Shown piece by piece: positions 1 through 10,072 of a stretch of 64,000 nt of DNA. The notes beneath the pieces were generated by a model that ran no database searches, was not told the origin of the DNA, and saw only the letters and a list, made by a program, of their open reading frames with translations. Made by a program: the position numbers and the translations under genes. The DNA lies in NCBI GenBank assembly GCA_964248365.1, contig CAXTYC010000012.1:30132-94131 (forward strand), written 5' to 3'. Position 1 is the first letter of the stretch, and each line of letters begins with the position of its first letter. The DNA comes from an uncultured Chroococcidiopsis sp. (GTDB taxonomy: Bacteria > Cyanobacteriota > Cyanobacteriia > Cyanobacteriales > Chroococcidiopsidaceae).

Positions 1-435
1 CTGGCGTGCAGCTTTTTGTACTTGCTGCACAAGTTGTTTTGTCTCCCAGGGCGGAATTAAGGAAAATTCCTCAAATGAGGCATACTGTTGCAACAACTGA
101 GTAGATTTGAGCCTTCCATCTGGTTTGGTACGACTAGTTAGCAGCAAAACTGAAGTGTCGGGAATGACTGGAAGAGTACGTTTTAATTCGGTTAACAAAT
201 CTTCCCCACAGTGTTGGCAAATGGTAGTATCTACAAGCAAGATGAAGCGACTACCAGATCCAAAAGGTGGTGTCATAGCTTGATTTAGCCCCTGGATGAC
301 TGCATCAGGTTGATCGGGGGAAAAGGAAGTGTAGTTAAAGCTGCTCCATTGAGGATCGAGTCTGCTTTCGCGCAAACTGACAACTGCTTTTTGCAGCGCA
401 AATTCATCCTCTCCCCAGTAAAAGTATATTGGCAT
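1..435 (-). CDS. holA: DNA polymerase III delta subunit (5' part; runs off the window start)
   Basis: Manual translation from ATG at 435: MPIYFYWGEDEFALQKAVVSLRESRLDPQWSSFNY...AMTPPFGSG...KPDGRLKSTQLL...EFSLIPPW, typical of cyanobacterial HolA. Not in the ORF track. Confidence 0.9.
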   Translation of the reverse strand, partial: MPIYFYWGEDEFALQKAVVSLRESRLDPQWSSFNYTSFSPDQPDAVIQGLNQAMTPPFGSGSRFILLVDTTICQHCGEDLLTELKRTLPVIPDTSVLLLTSRTKPDGRLKSTQLLQQYASFEEFSLIPPWETKQLVQQVQKAARQ

Positions 436-622
436 AATTGGTAATTGGTAATTGGTAATTGGTAAAAGGGGAAAGGTTGAAGGATAAAGGTTAAAGGTTG
501 AAGGGTAAAGAGGTATTGCGGTAAAGGGTAATTTCCCCCCCTTGTCCCCTTGTCCCCTTGTCCCCTTGTCCCCTTGTCCCCTTGTCCTCGCCTAGCCCCT
601 AGCCCCTAGCCTCTAGTCCCTA
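436..622. repeat. STRR heptamer tracts (ATTGGTA)n, (CCCTTGT)n, (CCCTAGC)n
   Basis: Tandem 7-mers read directly from the sequence. Confidence 0.9.
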
Positions 623-624
623 AA

Positions 625-1245
625 ATGAACCATCCGATTATGGAACAGAGTTTCGCCGTGATAGACAAAGAAATTGGCGAACATAATTTTAGTCCAGCTG
701 AATATGCCATTGTTAGAAGGGTAATTCACAGTACGGCTGACTTTGAGTTTAAGCATCTAATTGAGTTCAGCCCCCACGCAATTCCTGCGGGAATTGCTGC
801 CATACGCGATCGCTCACCTATCATTACTGATGTGAGCATGGTTAAACAAGGTATAGCCGGATTAGTCGCCCAAACCTTTAACAACCCCCTGCTATGTGCA
901 GTTGAAAGGGCGCAATCGGCACTCCCAGGTAAAACACGCACCGAAACAGGCTTAATACAATGCGCTCTTGAATTTCCAGAGGCAATTTTTGTGATTGGTA
1001 ATGCCCCTACAGCTCTGTTAGCTTTGTGTAATCAGCTATCCACGACGGTATCGTCACCGCTTGTGATTGGCGCACCAGTCGGTTTTATCTCCGTTCTAGA
1101 ATCAAAGGCAACACTCGCCCAAACTCCAGTTAATCAAATCCGCGCCTGTGGTCGCAAGGGTGGTTCCCCAGTAGCCGCAGCCATTCTCAATGCTTTAATT
1201 GTGTTGGCGTGGGAGGAGGAAAAGGGGCTAGAGACTGGGGGCTAG
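625..1245 (+). CDS. cobH: Precorrin-8X / cobalt-precorrin-8 methylmutase
   Basis: RRVIHSTADF, TRT, IGNAPTAL, GAPVGF, GRKGGS motifs. Confidence 0.95.
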   Translation: MNHPIMEQSFAVIDKEIGEHNFSPAEYAIVRRVIHSTADFEFKHLIEFSPHAIPAGIAAIRDRSPIITDVSMVKQGIAGLVAQTFNNPLLCAVERAQSALPGKTRTETGLIQCALEFPEAIFVIGNAPTALLALCNQLSTTVSSPLVIGAPVGFISVLESKATLAQTPVNQIRACGRKGGSPVAAAILNALIVLAWEEEKGLETGG

Positions 1246-1324
1246 GGGCTAGGGGGAAGAGGATGGGGGTATGTTCTCCCCCTCTCCCCTGATTCCCCCT
1301 CTCCTTATCCCCTTTTTTGGAAAA

Positions 1325-2569
1325 ATGACACCTATACACGTTGTTGGCATTGGTTTAGATGGGGCGGCTGGGTTGGTTGAACGGGTGCGACAGGTGGTTT
1401 TGAGTGCGACGTTGTTAATCGGGAGCGATCGCCATCTGAGTTACTTTCCTAACCACCCAGCCCCTCGTATAGTGTTAGGAGATTTCACCCAGGCAATTGC
1501 CCAAATTCGTCACCACCTAGCAGGTTCTGAAAGGATTGTGATTTTAGTTACGGGTGATCCTCTATTTTATGGCTTAGGACGGCTGCTACTGGCAGAATTT
1601 CCCCCAGAATTGCTTACTTTTCATCCTCATCTGTCTTCAGTTGGGCTAGCTTTCAATCGAATCAAGGTAAGCTGGCAAGATGCGCGGATAATCAGCGCTC
1701 ATGGGCGTTCTGTTGATGAGTTGATCCAAGCTTTGCAGCAAGGGGTTGACAAAATTGCCCTTTTGACAGATGGGACTAATACCCCTAGCGCGATCGCACG
1801 TCTTTTACTAGCTTTAGATTTACCCAGTCACTACCAATTGTGGGTTTGTGAAAATCTGGGTGGCGAAACAGAAACAGTTGGGTCTTATTCTCCCGAAGAA
1901 ATATTAGAGCAGACTTTTGCACCACTCAATGTGGTTGTCTTACTCCGCCAATCCGATCAGGCAGTTTTGGATGTAGCCAATTTACCTGATCTTGGCTTAA
2001 GCGATCAAATGTTTCTCAGTTTTAGCGATCGCCCTGGGCTGATGACTAAGCGGGAAATCCGTTTGTTAGTTTTAGGAGAACTCGCTCTTAAACCAGGACA
2101 AATTATTTGGGATATCGGTGCAGGTACTGGCTCAGTTTCAATCGAGATTGCCCGTTTATTCCCAACTTCTAAAATATATGCGATCGAGAAAACTGCTGCT
2201 GGTACTGCTTTAATTTCGCAAAACTGCCGTCGATTTGGGGTAGAAAATGTCATTTCTATTCACGGTACTGCACCGGATATTTTGCTCGATTTGCCCCTGT
2301 GCGATCGCATCTTTATCGGTGGTAGTGGCGGTAATTTGACTCAAATTTTGGATGCTTGTCGCCTCCCTTCTGGCGGTGTTATAGTACTGGCTCTAGCTAC
2401 CCTAGAACATCTCAACACAGCTTTAGGCTGGCTGAAAGAACATGACAGTTGGAATTATCAGTTATTGCAAGTGCAGCTATCTCGCTCAGTACCAGTGGGA
2501 AATTTAACCCGCTTTGCTCCCCTAAATCCAGTCACGATCTTGACTGCTATAGCAGGGAGTAGGGAGTAG
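1325..2569 (+). CDS. cbiET: Bifunctional precorrin-6Y C5,15-methyltransferase (CbiE/CbiT)
   Basis: VVGIG, TGDPLFYG, MTKREIR, WDIGAGTGSVSIE, IFIGGSGG. Start moved to the ATG at 1325 because the upstream part is repeat-derived. Confidence 0.93.
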   Translation: MTPIHVVGIGLDGAAGLVERVRQVVLSATLLIGSDRHLSYFPNHPAPRIVLGDFTQAIAQIRHHLAGSERIVILVTGDPLFYGLGRLLLAEFPPELLTFHPHLSSVGLAFNRIKVSWQDARIISAHGRSVDELIQALQQGVDKIALLTDGTNTPSAIARLLLALDLPSHYQLWVCENLGGETETVGSYSPEEILEQTFAPLNVVVLLRQSDQAVLDVANLPDLGLSDQMFLSFSDRPGLMTKREIRLLVLGELALKPGQIIWDIGAGTGSVSIEIARLFPTSKIYAIEKTAAGTALISQNCRRFGVENVISIHGTAPDILLDLPLCDRIFIGGSGGNLTQILDACRLPSGGVIVLALATLEHLNTALGWLKEHDSWNYQLLQVQLSRSVPVGNLTRFAPLNPVTILTAIAGSRE

Positions 2570-2669
2570 GGGAGAGTGGGAATCAGGGGAGAACTACAAA
2601 ACTACACAACTCCTAACTTCTGACTACAAAACTACAAAACTACACAACTTCTAACTTCTGACTACTTAG

Positions 2670-2831
2670 ATCTTGCACCATCGCTCTCGACCGCAAGGAA
2701 ATTAATTTCCACAGCAAGTAACTCAAGTCCATTAAAATGGACACAATGCCGCGAGCAATCCTCTTAAGAGGATTTGGGCTATTAGCTTTTGAATTTGAAT
2801 TCAAAAGCGGGTGAAGAGGCAGGTGCAAGAT
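2670..2831. mobile_element. MITE-like element with ATCTTGCACC...GGTGCAAGAT terminal inverted repeats (copy 1)
   Basis: 10-bp perfect TIR, internal short palindromes, related copy at 21334-21504. Confidence 0.6.
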
Positions 2832-2903
2832 GTGAGACTACACAACTCCTAACTTCTGACTCCTTTACCGCAATACCTCTTTACCCTTTCCCCCTACATG
2901 ATA

Positions 2904-3719
2904 TTAATTGGCACGCAACAGCCAAATAATTGCCCCCGTTCCCAGCATACAAAGTATTCCGGCTGCACCTGCTAGGGGCTTACCATTTTTACCCGTTACC
3001 CACTCGGAAACATTGCCAGTGTAAGTAATCATTTGCAGTGTATCTAAAAGAGCGATCGCCCACACCCAACCTGTATGTAATCCCCACGCTAAACCTAAGC
3101 TACCACTATCTACCCAACGTGCCAAAACCAGCACCATTCCCATTAGCCATAGTCCAGGTAGCTGAGGAATGGTTTCTTTTTGTTCCCATAATAAATGTAA
3201 TAAGGCAAAAATCAAGCTAGAAATTGCCGCTGCTAATACAGGGGCGAAATCTTGTCCCAGCGTTGTCAAAACAAAACCGCGAAATACTCCTTCCTCTATA
3301 CCACTGATCAAAAAAGCTAATAATAAAGTGGACAATAAGACTGATATCATCTGCCCATCTTTGTTTTGCCAAGTCACCAAACCTAACACTGTTTGAATGG
3401 CAAATAAAACTACTAAACTCAATACTGCCAAAACCAAACCTATTCCCAAGGAACTTATTAGCCTGAAGTTCCAGACTAAGCCGTAATCTGAGAAAGATCT
3501 ACCTACTAAATGACTTGCTTGCCACAAAACTAGCGGTGCAATTATGTAGAGGGACGCTAGTAAGGGTAATTTTTGTTCTGTTGCGATCGGTTGAGGCGGT
3601 CGCCAGCCGATTGCGATCGCGCTAATAACTGCGAGGGGGAACCAGCAGCCAGCCCAAGCCAAAAAAAAAGCTATTACCTGTAGCAGCGAAGTAGGGGCGT
3701 TTGTCAGCAATGAAATCAA
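2904..3719 (-). CDS. CPBP/Abi (CAAX protease-like) intramembrane metalloprotease
   Basis: EEGVFRG, FALLH and GLHTGW motifs; multiple TM segments. Confidence 0.9.
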   Translation of the reverse strand: MISLLTNAPTSLLQVIAFFLAWAGCWFPLAVISAIAIGWRPPQPIATEQKLPLLASLYIIAPLVLWQASHLVGRSFSDYGLVWNFRLISSLGIGLVLAVLSLVVLFAIQTVLGLVTWQNKDGQMISVLLSTLLLAFLISGIEEGVFRGFVLTTLGQDFAPVLAAAISSLIFALLHLLWEQKETIPQLPGLWLMGMVLVLARWVDSGSLGLAWGLHTGWVWAIALLDTLQMITYTGNVSEWVTGKNGKPLAGAAGILCMLGTGAIIWLLRAN

Positions 3720-4006
3720 AATATTGACTGTTGAGTTTAATTTTGCGCTTAAACCAGCTACAAAATCGCTAGAATCATCTTTTCGTTAATTGTCAGTTGT
3801 ACTTTGTTAGGGGCAAATCCTTGGGTTAAAGGCGGGTTTAATTAAATTACCTGTTGCATAACAGTCATTTATTTTTAAACCCGCTCCTACTCAATGACTA
3901 AAACAATTTGCCAGGGGAGCGGGGAATTAAAAGGCTACAAGCTAGAAGCTTGCTACCATTGAGTAATAATTCCGCTTAGTGCGCTTCCCAATTGGCTTGA
4001 CTTTTA

Positions 4007-4444
4007 TTATTCGTCTTCGTCTTCGTCTTCGTCTAAATCGGTGTCATCGTCTCTGCTACCGTTTCTATCACTATCAAGTTGAATTAGGTGAATGTGCTTG
4101 TAGCCTAATTTAATCTCAAACTCATCTCCAGGCTTTAAACCCATCGCCTCTGTATAGGTTGCGCCTATCACAATTTGACCATTTTTGTGAACACTCACAC
4201 GATAGGTTGGTTCCCTTCCGCGTCCATCTTTTGGTCCTTCTGGACTTAAGGGAATTCCCCTTGCTGCTAGCAGTGCATCATAAAAATCAGTAAGATTGAC
4301 GCGGGTTTGGTGATTTTTGGTTACAGTGTAATATCCGCAGGCTTTTGCTCTTTCTCGCCTTGGTAAGTTTGAGAGTTCTTTTACCTTTTGTAGCAATGCC
4401 TTTCCGGTTAATGGCTGGGGTGCAGTTTCAGTACTCACGCTCAA
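4007..4444 (-). CDS. Cyanobacterial AbrB-like transcriptional regulator (cyAbrB/CalA type)
   Basis: LTGKALLQKVKEL...AKACGYY...YRVSVHKNGQIVIGATYT...LKPGDEFEIKLG; acidic tail. Confidence 0.93.
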   Translation of the reverse strand: MSVSTETAPQPLTGKALLQKVKELSNLPRRERAKACGYYTVTKNHQTRVNLTDFYDALLAARGIPLSPEGPKDGRGREPTYRVSVHKNGQIVIGATYTEAMGLKPGDEFEIKLGYKHIHLIQLDSDRNGSRDDDTDLDEDEDEDE

Positions 4445-5260
4445 TATATCCTTACGATCTCCAAATTTGTAAAGTCCTATTACAGGCTATTAACGAAGCT
4501 GTTGGCTTTTTGTCAAATGTCATTTGTCAAATGTCATTTGTCAAATGTCATTTTTCCTTTACCGATGACTAGGAGCAATGACCCATGACAGATGAGTGCT
4601 AATTGCTAAACAGCTAGTCTCCTTCATTTGATAGAAAAATCTATCTCTAAATCTCTCCTTTGAGCCAAAAAAATTTTCTCCTCAGATAGATACTAACCAT
4701 TTTCAATTCAACTTTGCAAATTTAATCTTAATTTTTAAGGTTGCTTCGTCAAATATTAAATGTCTACGGTGATTATATAAGTTTTTTAGTCAAAAGGATA
4801 CCTCCTGCCCCAGTTGTTGAAAATAATAAAGTTAAAAAAATTATCGTCCTCTGTAACACAGCAGCAGTAAAAAGCACTGTTAAGTATCTCGTCTGAAAAA
4901 AAGGGCAGACGTGCAAAAGACGGAAGGATTATGCGTAATAGGTTATCTAGTTTGACGAGCGCCATTTTTTTATGCCCTCCCGCTTATCTACTAGCTTATA
5001 TAACTACTGATGATTAGAGAGTTACTAAGTAGAGCTTGCCTCGTTTTACCACTAGAGAAAATTCTATTACTGCTGATAAGTCAAAAGATATATATTTTTT
5101 TGAAATTATGGGGGGTTGACAAAGCCTCAGTTTAACCCTAGGAAGCTGTAAAAACCGTCAGAAAGAGTAATGTACGCTTAAACTAGAAGCAGCAACACCT
5201 TTAAAACACAACCTCGCAGTAACATCTCTTAAAAAAGCGTATATTCGGGAAAAAAAGCAG

Positions 5261-5380
5261 TGGAAATCCGATGTAACTCTAAAAAAATGAGACAGCCGCG
5301 CTCGTTTGGGGTTATCCTCGTGCATCACGGTTGCTCTGTTATGAAGGACGGTCATTTTTTTAAGACGGAAAACCCTGGGA
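5261..5380. repeat. ~120-bp imperfect palindromic dispersed element (copy 1; copy 2 at 47840-47953)
   Basis: Shared ends TGG(A/G)AATCCGATGTA(A/C)CTCTAAAAA and TTTTTAAGACGGAAAACCCTGGG. Confidence 0.6.
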
Positions 5381-5423
5381 ATGATTTACAGGTGTAGGTG
5401 TTTGAATTACAAAACTTGAGTAG

Positions 5424-6434
5424 ATGGCAATGGAAGTTATTTTTAAAGTCATTCGACAGACACAAAATTCCACTCCTCACGTTCAGATTTACCATATAGA
5501 GGCTGAACCAGGGAATACAATTCTGGAGTGTCTGAATCGAATTAAGTGGGAGCAAGATGGAAGCTTAGCATTTCGCAAGAATTGTCGCAATACTATTTGT
5601 GGTAGCTGCGGTATGCGAATTAATGGTCGTTCTGCTTTAGCGTGTAAGGAAAATGTTGGGAGTGAAGTAAAAAGACTGCAAATAAGCGCGGACACAGTAA
5701 ATAATTCCGCCGATACCATTCCAGAAATTATTGTGGCTCCGCTGGGAAATATGCCAGTGATTAAAGATCTAGTAGTGGATATGAGTAGTTTCTGGAACCA
5801 TCTCGAAGCAGTTGATCCCTATGTTAGTACGGTCGCAAGAAAAATACCAGAACGGGAATTTTTACAAACACCCGAAGAGCGAAGTGAGCTAAATCAGACT
5901 GGTAATTGTATTATGTGTGGGGCTTGCTACTCTGAATGCAATGCCCGTGAAGTAAATCCTGATTTTGTTGGTCCTCATGCCCTTGCCAAAGCTTACCGAA
6001 TGGTGTCAGACTCGCGTGATACCCAAACAGAAAACCGTTTAGAAAAATATAATCAAGGCACTGGGGGAGTATGGGGCTGCACTCGTTGTTTTTATTGCAA
6101 TGCGGTTTGTCCAATGGAAGTCGCGCCGTTGGATCAAATTAATAAAATTAAACAGGAAATTTTACCGTTAAAAGATAGCGCCGACAGCCGTTCAATTCGT
6201 CACCGTAAAGTCCTGGTGGAATTGGTTAAACAAGGAGGCTGGATTGATGAACGCTCATTTGGTTTGCAAGTAGTGGGTAATTTCTTCCAAGACTTAAGAG
6301 GATTGCTTAGTCTTGGACCTTTGGGACTGCGGATGCTGGTTCGGCGCAAGTTACCACTCACATTTGAGCCTTCAGAGGGACAGCAACAGGTGCAATCTCT
6401 GATCGAGGCTATCCAGCAAGAAGAGAGGGGCTAG
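5424..6434 (+). CDS. sdhB: Succinate dehydrogenase/fumarate reductase iron-sulfur subunit
   Basis: CRNTICGSC, CIMCGACYSEC and CTRCFYCNAVCP Fe-S motifs. Confidence 0.93.
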   Translation: MAMEVIFKVIRQTQNSTPHVQIYHIEAEPGNTILECLNRIKWEQDGSLAFRKNCRNTICGSCGMRINGRSALACKENVGSEVKRLQISADTVNNSADTIPEIIVAPLGNMPVIKDLVVDMSSFWNHLEAVDPYVSTVARKIPEREFLQTPEERSELNQTGNCIMCGACYSECNAREVNPDFVGPHALAKAYRMVSDSRDTQTENRLEKYNQGTGGVWGCTRCFYCNAVCPMEVAPLDQINKIKQEILPLKDSADSRSIRHRKVLVELVKQGGWIDERSFGLQVVGNFFQDLRGLLSLGPLGLRMLVRRKLPLTFEPSEGQQQVQSLIEAIQQEERG

Positions 6435-6565
6435 GGGCGCTGGGGCAGGGGGAGCAGGGGAAGCCTCGGGGAGCCTCGGGGAGCAAAAGGGAGAAATTAC
6501 CTTTTACCTTTACCCTAGCCTCTAGCCTCTGGTTCCTCTAGCCCCTGGTTCCTCTAGCCCCTTCC

Positions 6566-7090
6566 TTACTGGGGATTCATCGGCACATTTAGCGGTTGCC
6601 CAGAAGAGTTATAAATTAAAATGTCCCACTGACCGTTTGCACTTGATTCAAAGGCAATTCTACTGCCATCAGCACTAATGGTGGGGTGGCGGACTTGTGC
6701 TTGTAGGTTGGCAGTTAAATTCCTTAATTGGCGGGTTTCACGGTCATAAAGGAAAATTCCTTGCCTAAAGTGCCGACTACCAGTAAATACAATGTAGCGA
6801 CCATTTTGTGACACATCTGGATCTGATGCGATCATATCAAAGCCATTCAATCCTGGCAAATCAACTAAACTACTGGTAACAGTATCAAATAGATAAACAT
6901 CCTCACGCCCGAAACGGTCAGAAGTAAATACTACGTATCGTCCAGCTATTTGGGGCGATAATTCAGCAGCTGGACTGTTGAGACTCCGCCCACCTGGATC
7001 AAAAGGATAGCTCAATAAGCGGGGATACCCAGCACAGCTACTTAAAAACCCAGCTAGGGCAAACACACAAATAAAAATCGAGTGCTTCAC
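6566..7090 (-). CDS. TolB-like PD40-repeat lipoprotein
   Basis: Lipobox-like LSSC; VVFTSDR and HPTISADGSRIAFES repeats. Confidence 0.85.
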   Translation of the reverse strand: MKHSIFICVFALAGFLSSCAGYPRLLSYPFDPGGRSLNSPAAELSPQIAGRYVVFTSDRFGREDVYLFDTVTSSLVDLPGLNGFDMIASDPDVSQNGRYIVFTGSRHFRQGIFLYDRETRQLRNLTANLQAQVRHPTISADGSRIAFESSANGQWDILIYNSSGQPLNVPMNPQ

Positions 7091-7248
7091 AATGTAAGAG
7101 AGGGGCTAGGGGCGCTGGGGCTGGAGGAACTAGAGGAACCAGAGGAAGAAGAGGATGAGGGAATGGGATGGTGAGCTGATGGAGGGATTTCGCCCCATCT
7201 CCCTATCTCCCCTGATTCCCACTCTCCCTAGCCCCTGCGCCAAAGCCC

Positions 7249-7800
7249 CTAGCCCCTATTAATAGCACCATCGGGAATGTCTAACTCAATGTTGGGTCCT
7301 CGGTCTAGAATTTCAATATCCCACTGTCCGTTACTACTGCTTTCAAACGCAATATAGCGACCATCTGGACTGATACTGGGATGACGCACCCAGCCTTGAT
7401 ACCATTGACTCAGGACTTGCGGCTGCTGCGTGACGCGATCGTATAGTACCAGTATTGGCTTGCCTTGATCGGTTGTTATATAAGTAATGTAACGTCCGGT
7501 GTAGCTCAGACTGGGGTTTTCAATAACTGTGTCAGGTCGATTTATTCGAGGTAAAGAAATCAGCCTTTGTTGTTCTAAGTCATATAGCCACATCTGACGC
7601 TTACCGTCGCGGTTAGAGACAAAAGCCAAAAAGCGACCATTACCACTTAAGGCTGGTTGCTCATCGTTATAGCGGCTGTTGAGAGAGCCTGGAAAGCCAA
7701 GGCGATCGCTCGGACTACAAGCAGCAACTAAACTTAACACGCCCAAGCTAACAGCTAAACGCTGCCACAGAGAAAGGCATCTGGGCGACAATTCTTTCAC
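7249..7800 (-). CDS. TolB-like PD40-repeat lipoprotein (paralog)
   Basis: VAAC lipobox; PALSGNGRFLAFVSNRDG, HPSISPDGRYIAFES. Confidence 0.85.
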   Translation of the reverse strand: MKELSPRCLSLWQRLAVSLGVLSLVAACSPSDRLGFPGSLNSRYNDEQPALSGNGRFLAFVSNRDGKRQMWLYDLEQQRLISLPRINRPDTVIENPSLSYTGRYITYITTDQGKPILVLYDRVTQQPQVLSQWYQGWVRHPSISPDGRYIAFESSSNGQWDIEILDRGPNIELDIPDGAINRG

Positions 7801-7824
7801 TTGGGCTGTTTTGTGCGCTTGTGA

Positions 7825-8718
7825 TTATGGCTCGTCAAAATTCGCGGAGTTATCTTGCTCGTCATCTGATCGATTTATAGGCTTGTAATCAACATAGTCG
7901 GAGGGTGTGGCTGCCACATCTGCGTCAGGATTATAAGCCGATTCTGGGCGTGAACGTCGCCTTCTTGGTCTAGATGAAACTTCTGAATTTAAATTTTCTG
8001 CTCTATCTGGTTTAGAGGAGCCATTACTACTCGGTCGAGGTGATTTGCTTACGCGGCTAGCCGTCTCCCACTCATCACTCGTTTGCTGCGAAAGCGAGTC
8101 CCATTCATCTGCTAATGGTCGTTGACTAGGACGACTATCTGAACGGGGACGACGTTTAGGTTGTTTATCTGTCTGTCTATCTCCCTGCGCTAACCTTTGG
8201 GTACTAGCACTTCGATTGGATGAGCGCCGAGGATAGTCACTATCTTCATCTGTGCGATAACGGCGGGGCGCTTCATCTTCGTATTCATCTATACGAGTTG
8301 AGCGAGTATCTCTGGTTCCCCGAATTTGCCGTCTTGGAATAGGACGCTCTTCCTCTAATGGCTCATAGTCATCCAGTTCTGCCTCATACTGATATACTGG
8401 GCTAACTGGTCTATCTTCATCCACAATTCGGGTATTACGCTTGGCTTGCTCTGTGGCTACACCGCGCAGCCTAACACTCTCAACAGCAAAAAATACTGTT
8501 GATCCTGCCAAAAGTAACTGACCAAACTGCATAATTGGGTCATAGCGCCAGCCCTGGAATATGAGAATGAAGCCACTGAGTAAACCAACGGCGGCAAAAA
8601 AGATATCATGATCTCGTGCTAGTTCTGGGCGCACATTGCGTAGGAAATATAGTCCTGCCCCAGCTACAGCCAAGAAGATGCCCAAAAGACTCGCTAAGTT
8701 GAATCCAAAGTTTACCAT
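7825..8718 (-). CDS. ycf66: Ycf66 family protein
   Basis: LYFLRNVRPELARDHDIFFAAVGLLSGFILIFQGWRYDPIMQFGQ N-terminal domain plus disordered tail. Confidence 0.9.
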   Translation of the reverse strand: MVNFGFNLASLLGIFLAVAGAGLYFLRNVRPELARDHDIFFAAVGLLSGFILIFQGWRYDPIMQFGQLLLAGSTVFFAVESVRLRGVATEQAKRNTRIVDEDRPVSPVYQYEAELDDYEPLEEERPIPRRQIRGTRDTRSTRIDEYEDEAPRRYRTDEDSDYPRRSSNRSASTQRLAQGDRQTDKQPKRRPRSDSRPSQRPLADEWDSLSQQTSDEWETASRVSKSPRPSSNGSSKPDRAENLNSEVSSRPRRRRSRPESAYNPDADVAATPSDYVDYKPINRSDDEQDNSANFDEP

Positions 8719-8841
8719 TTCTGTTCTCTCAAGTATGTCTTATCCTAGCGATTCAGGATAAAAATCACCAAGCAAAGCTCTGGCATTGCAAACAGAATTT
8801 TCCGTCCTTTCGCCTGTCAAACCAATTATCTATCAATTTTA

Positions 8842-8870
8842 AGGGAGCCAAACGAATTCGTTTGACTCCC
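8842..8870 (-). terminator. Hairpin downstream of psbX
   Basis: GGGAGCCAAACGAATTCGTTTGACTCCC inverted repeat. Confidence 0.6.
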
Positions 8871-8878
8871 ACCGGATC

Positions 8879-8998
8879 TTATGAACGCTGAATTTTATCT
8901 TTTTGGCTAATAAAAATCAGGGCAACAGTTGCTGGAATGACTATAATCACAGCACCCGCTAGCAGACTGTAAAAGAAGTTCATTAAAGAAGGGGTCAT
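8879..8998 (-). CDS. psbX: Photosystem II reaction centre protein X
   Basis: Manual translation [39 protein letters not shown] (39 aa); sits upstream of ycf66; below the ORF-track cutoff. Confidence 0.93.
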   Translation of the reverse strand: MTPSLMNFFYSLLAGAVIIVIPATVALIFISQKDKIQRS

Positions 8999-9362
8999 AG
9001 ATTTTCAACTCTTTTGTCGAATACTTCCCCTTCATTTTAATTTGCTGTTACACCCTTGAGAAGTCGTAAAGGAGCGCTTATTTGTGGCAAAGCGCCGAAG
9101 TATAGCAGTTCGTCTTGGAATAGGGAGTAGGGAGTAGGGGGGACTCCAGGGACTCCAGGGGTTCCAGGGGTGATAAATATGATAACGAATTATCCTTTTC
9201 CCTTTTCCCGAGTCCCTTTTCCCTTTCACCTTTCACCAACTACCAATTACCAACACTCCACCTACTCCCTACTCCCTCCTGATGTTGGCTGAGAAAATTT
9301 GTCTCAAAAGTGAACAAAATGCCACACTTGATCAACAGTGGTTAAGTTCTTAAAACGGCAAA

Positions 9363-10007
9363 ATGGATACAAGCGTAGCTGATCTTCGCAAAGATTATCA
9401 ACTCCAAGGCTTAAGGGAAACAGATGTTGATGTCTCACCCTTTAGACAATTTCAAGTATGGTTTGATCAGGCACTAGCCGCCCAGCTACCTGAACCAAAT
9501 GCTATGACTGTTGCCACTGCGACACAATCGGGCATACCAAGCGCCCGAATAGTGCTGTTAAAAGGCTTTGATGAACGAGGTTTTGTATTTTACACCAATT
9601 ATCAGAGTCACAAAGGGCAAGAATTAGCAGATAATCCGCGAGCGGCTCTTGTCTTTTGGTGGGCGGAACTGGAACGCCAAGTTCGGATTGAGGGGCGAGT
9701 CCTGAAAGTATCAGATCAAGAATCAGATGAATATTTCCACAGTCGTCCATTTAACAGTCGTTTGGGGGCGTGGGCTTCTGATCAAAGTCAGGTGATAGAA
9801 AGCCGCGAAGTTTTGGAACGACGCGCAGGGGAACTGAAAACTAAATATGAAAACTCTGATGTACCACGTCCACCCCATTGGGGAGGCTTTCGCGTTATTC
9901 CAAGTGGGATCGAGTTTTGGCAGGGAAGACCGAGCAGATTACACGATCGCCTACTTTATCGTCTCATAGATGATGGCACTTGGGTAATTGAGCGCTTGTC
10001 ACCATAA
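9363..10007 (+). CDS. pdxH: Pyridoxamine 5'-phosphate oxidase
   Basis: [35 protein letters not shown]. Confidence 0.96.
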   Translation: MDTSVADLRKDYQLQGLRETDVDVSPFRQFQVWFDQALAAQLPEPNAMTVATATQSGIPSARIVLLKGFDERGFVFYTNYQSHKGQELADNPRAALVFWWAELERQVRIEGRVLKVSDQESDEYFHSRPFNSRLGAWASDQSQVIESREVLERRAGELKTKYENSDVPRPPHWGGFRVIPSGIEFWQGRPSRLHDRLLYRLIDDGTWVIERLSP

Positions 10008-10072
10008 GAGGGAGTAGAGAGTAGGGAGTAGGGAGTAGGGGGGGCTGGGGAAGCTGGGGAGAAAGAGGAAAA

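Noticed and set aside
2640..2828. 62-aa minus-strand ORF
   Set aside because: Lies within the MITE-like palindromic element; no protein signal
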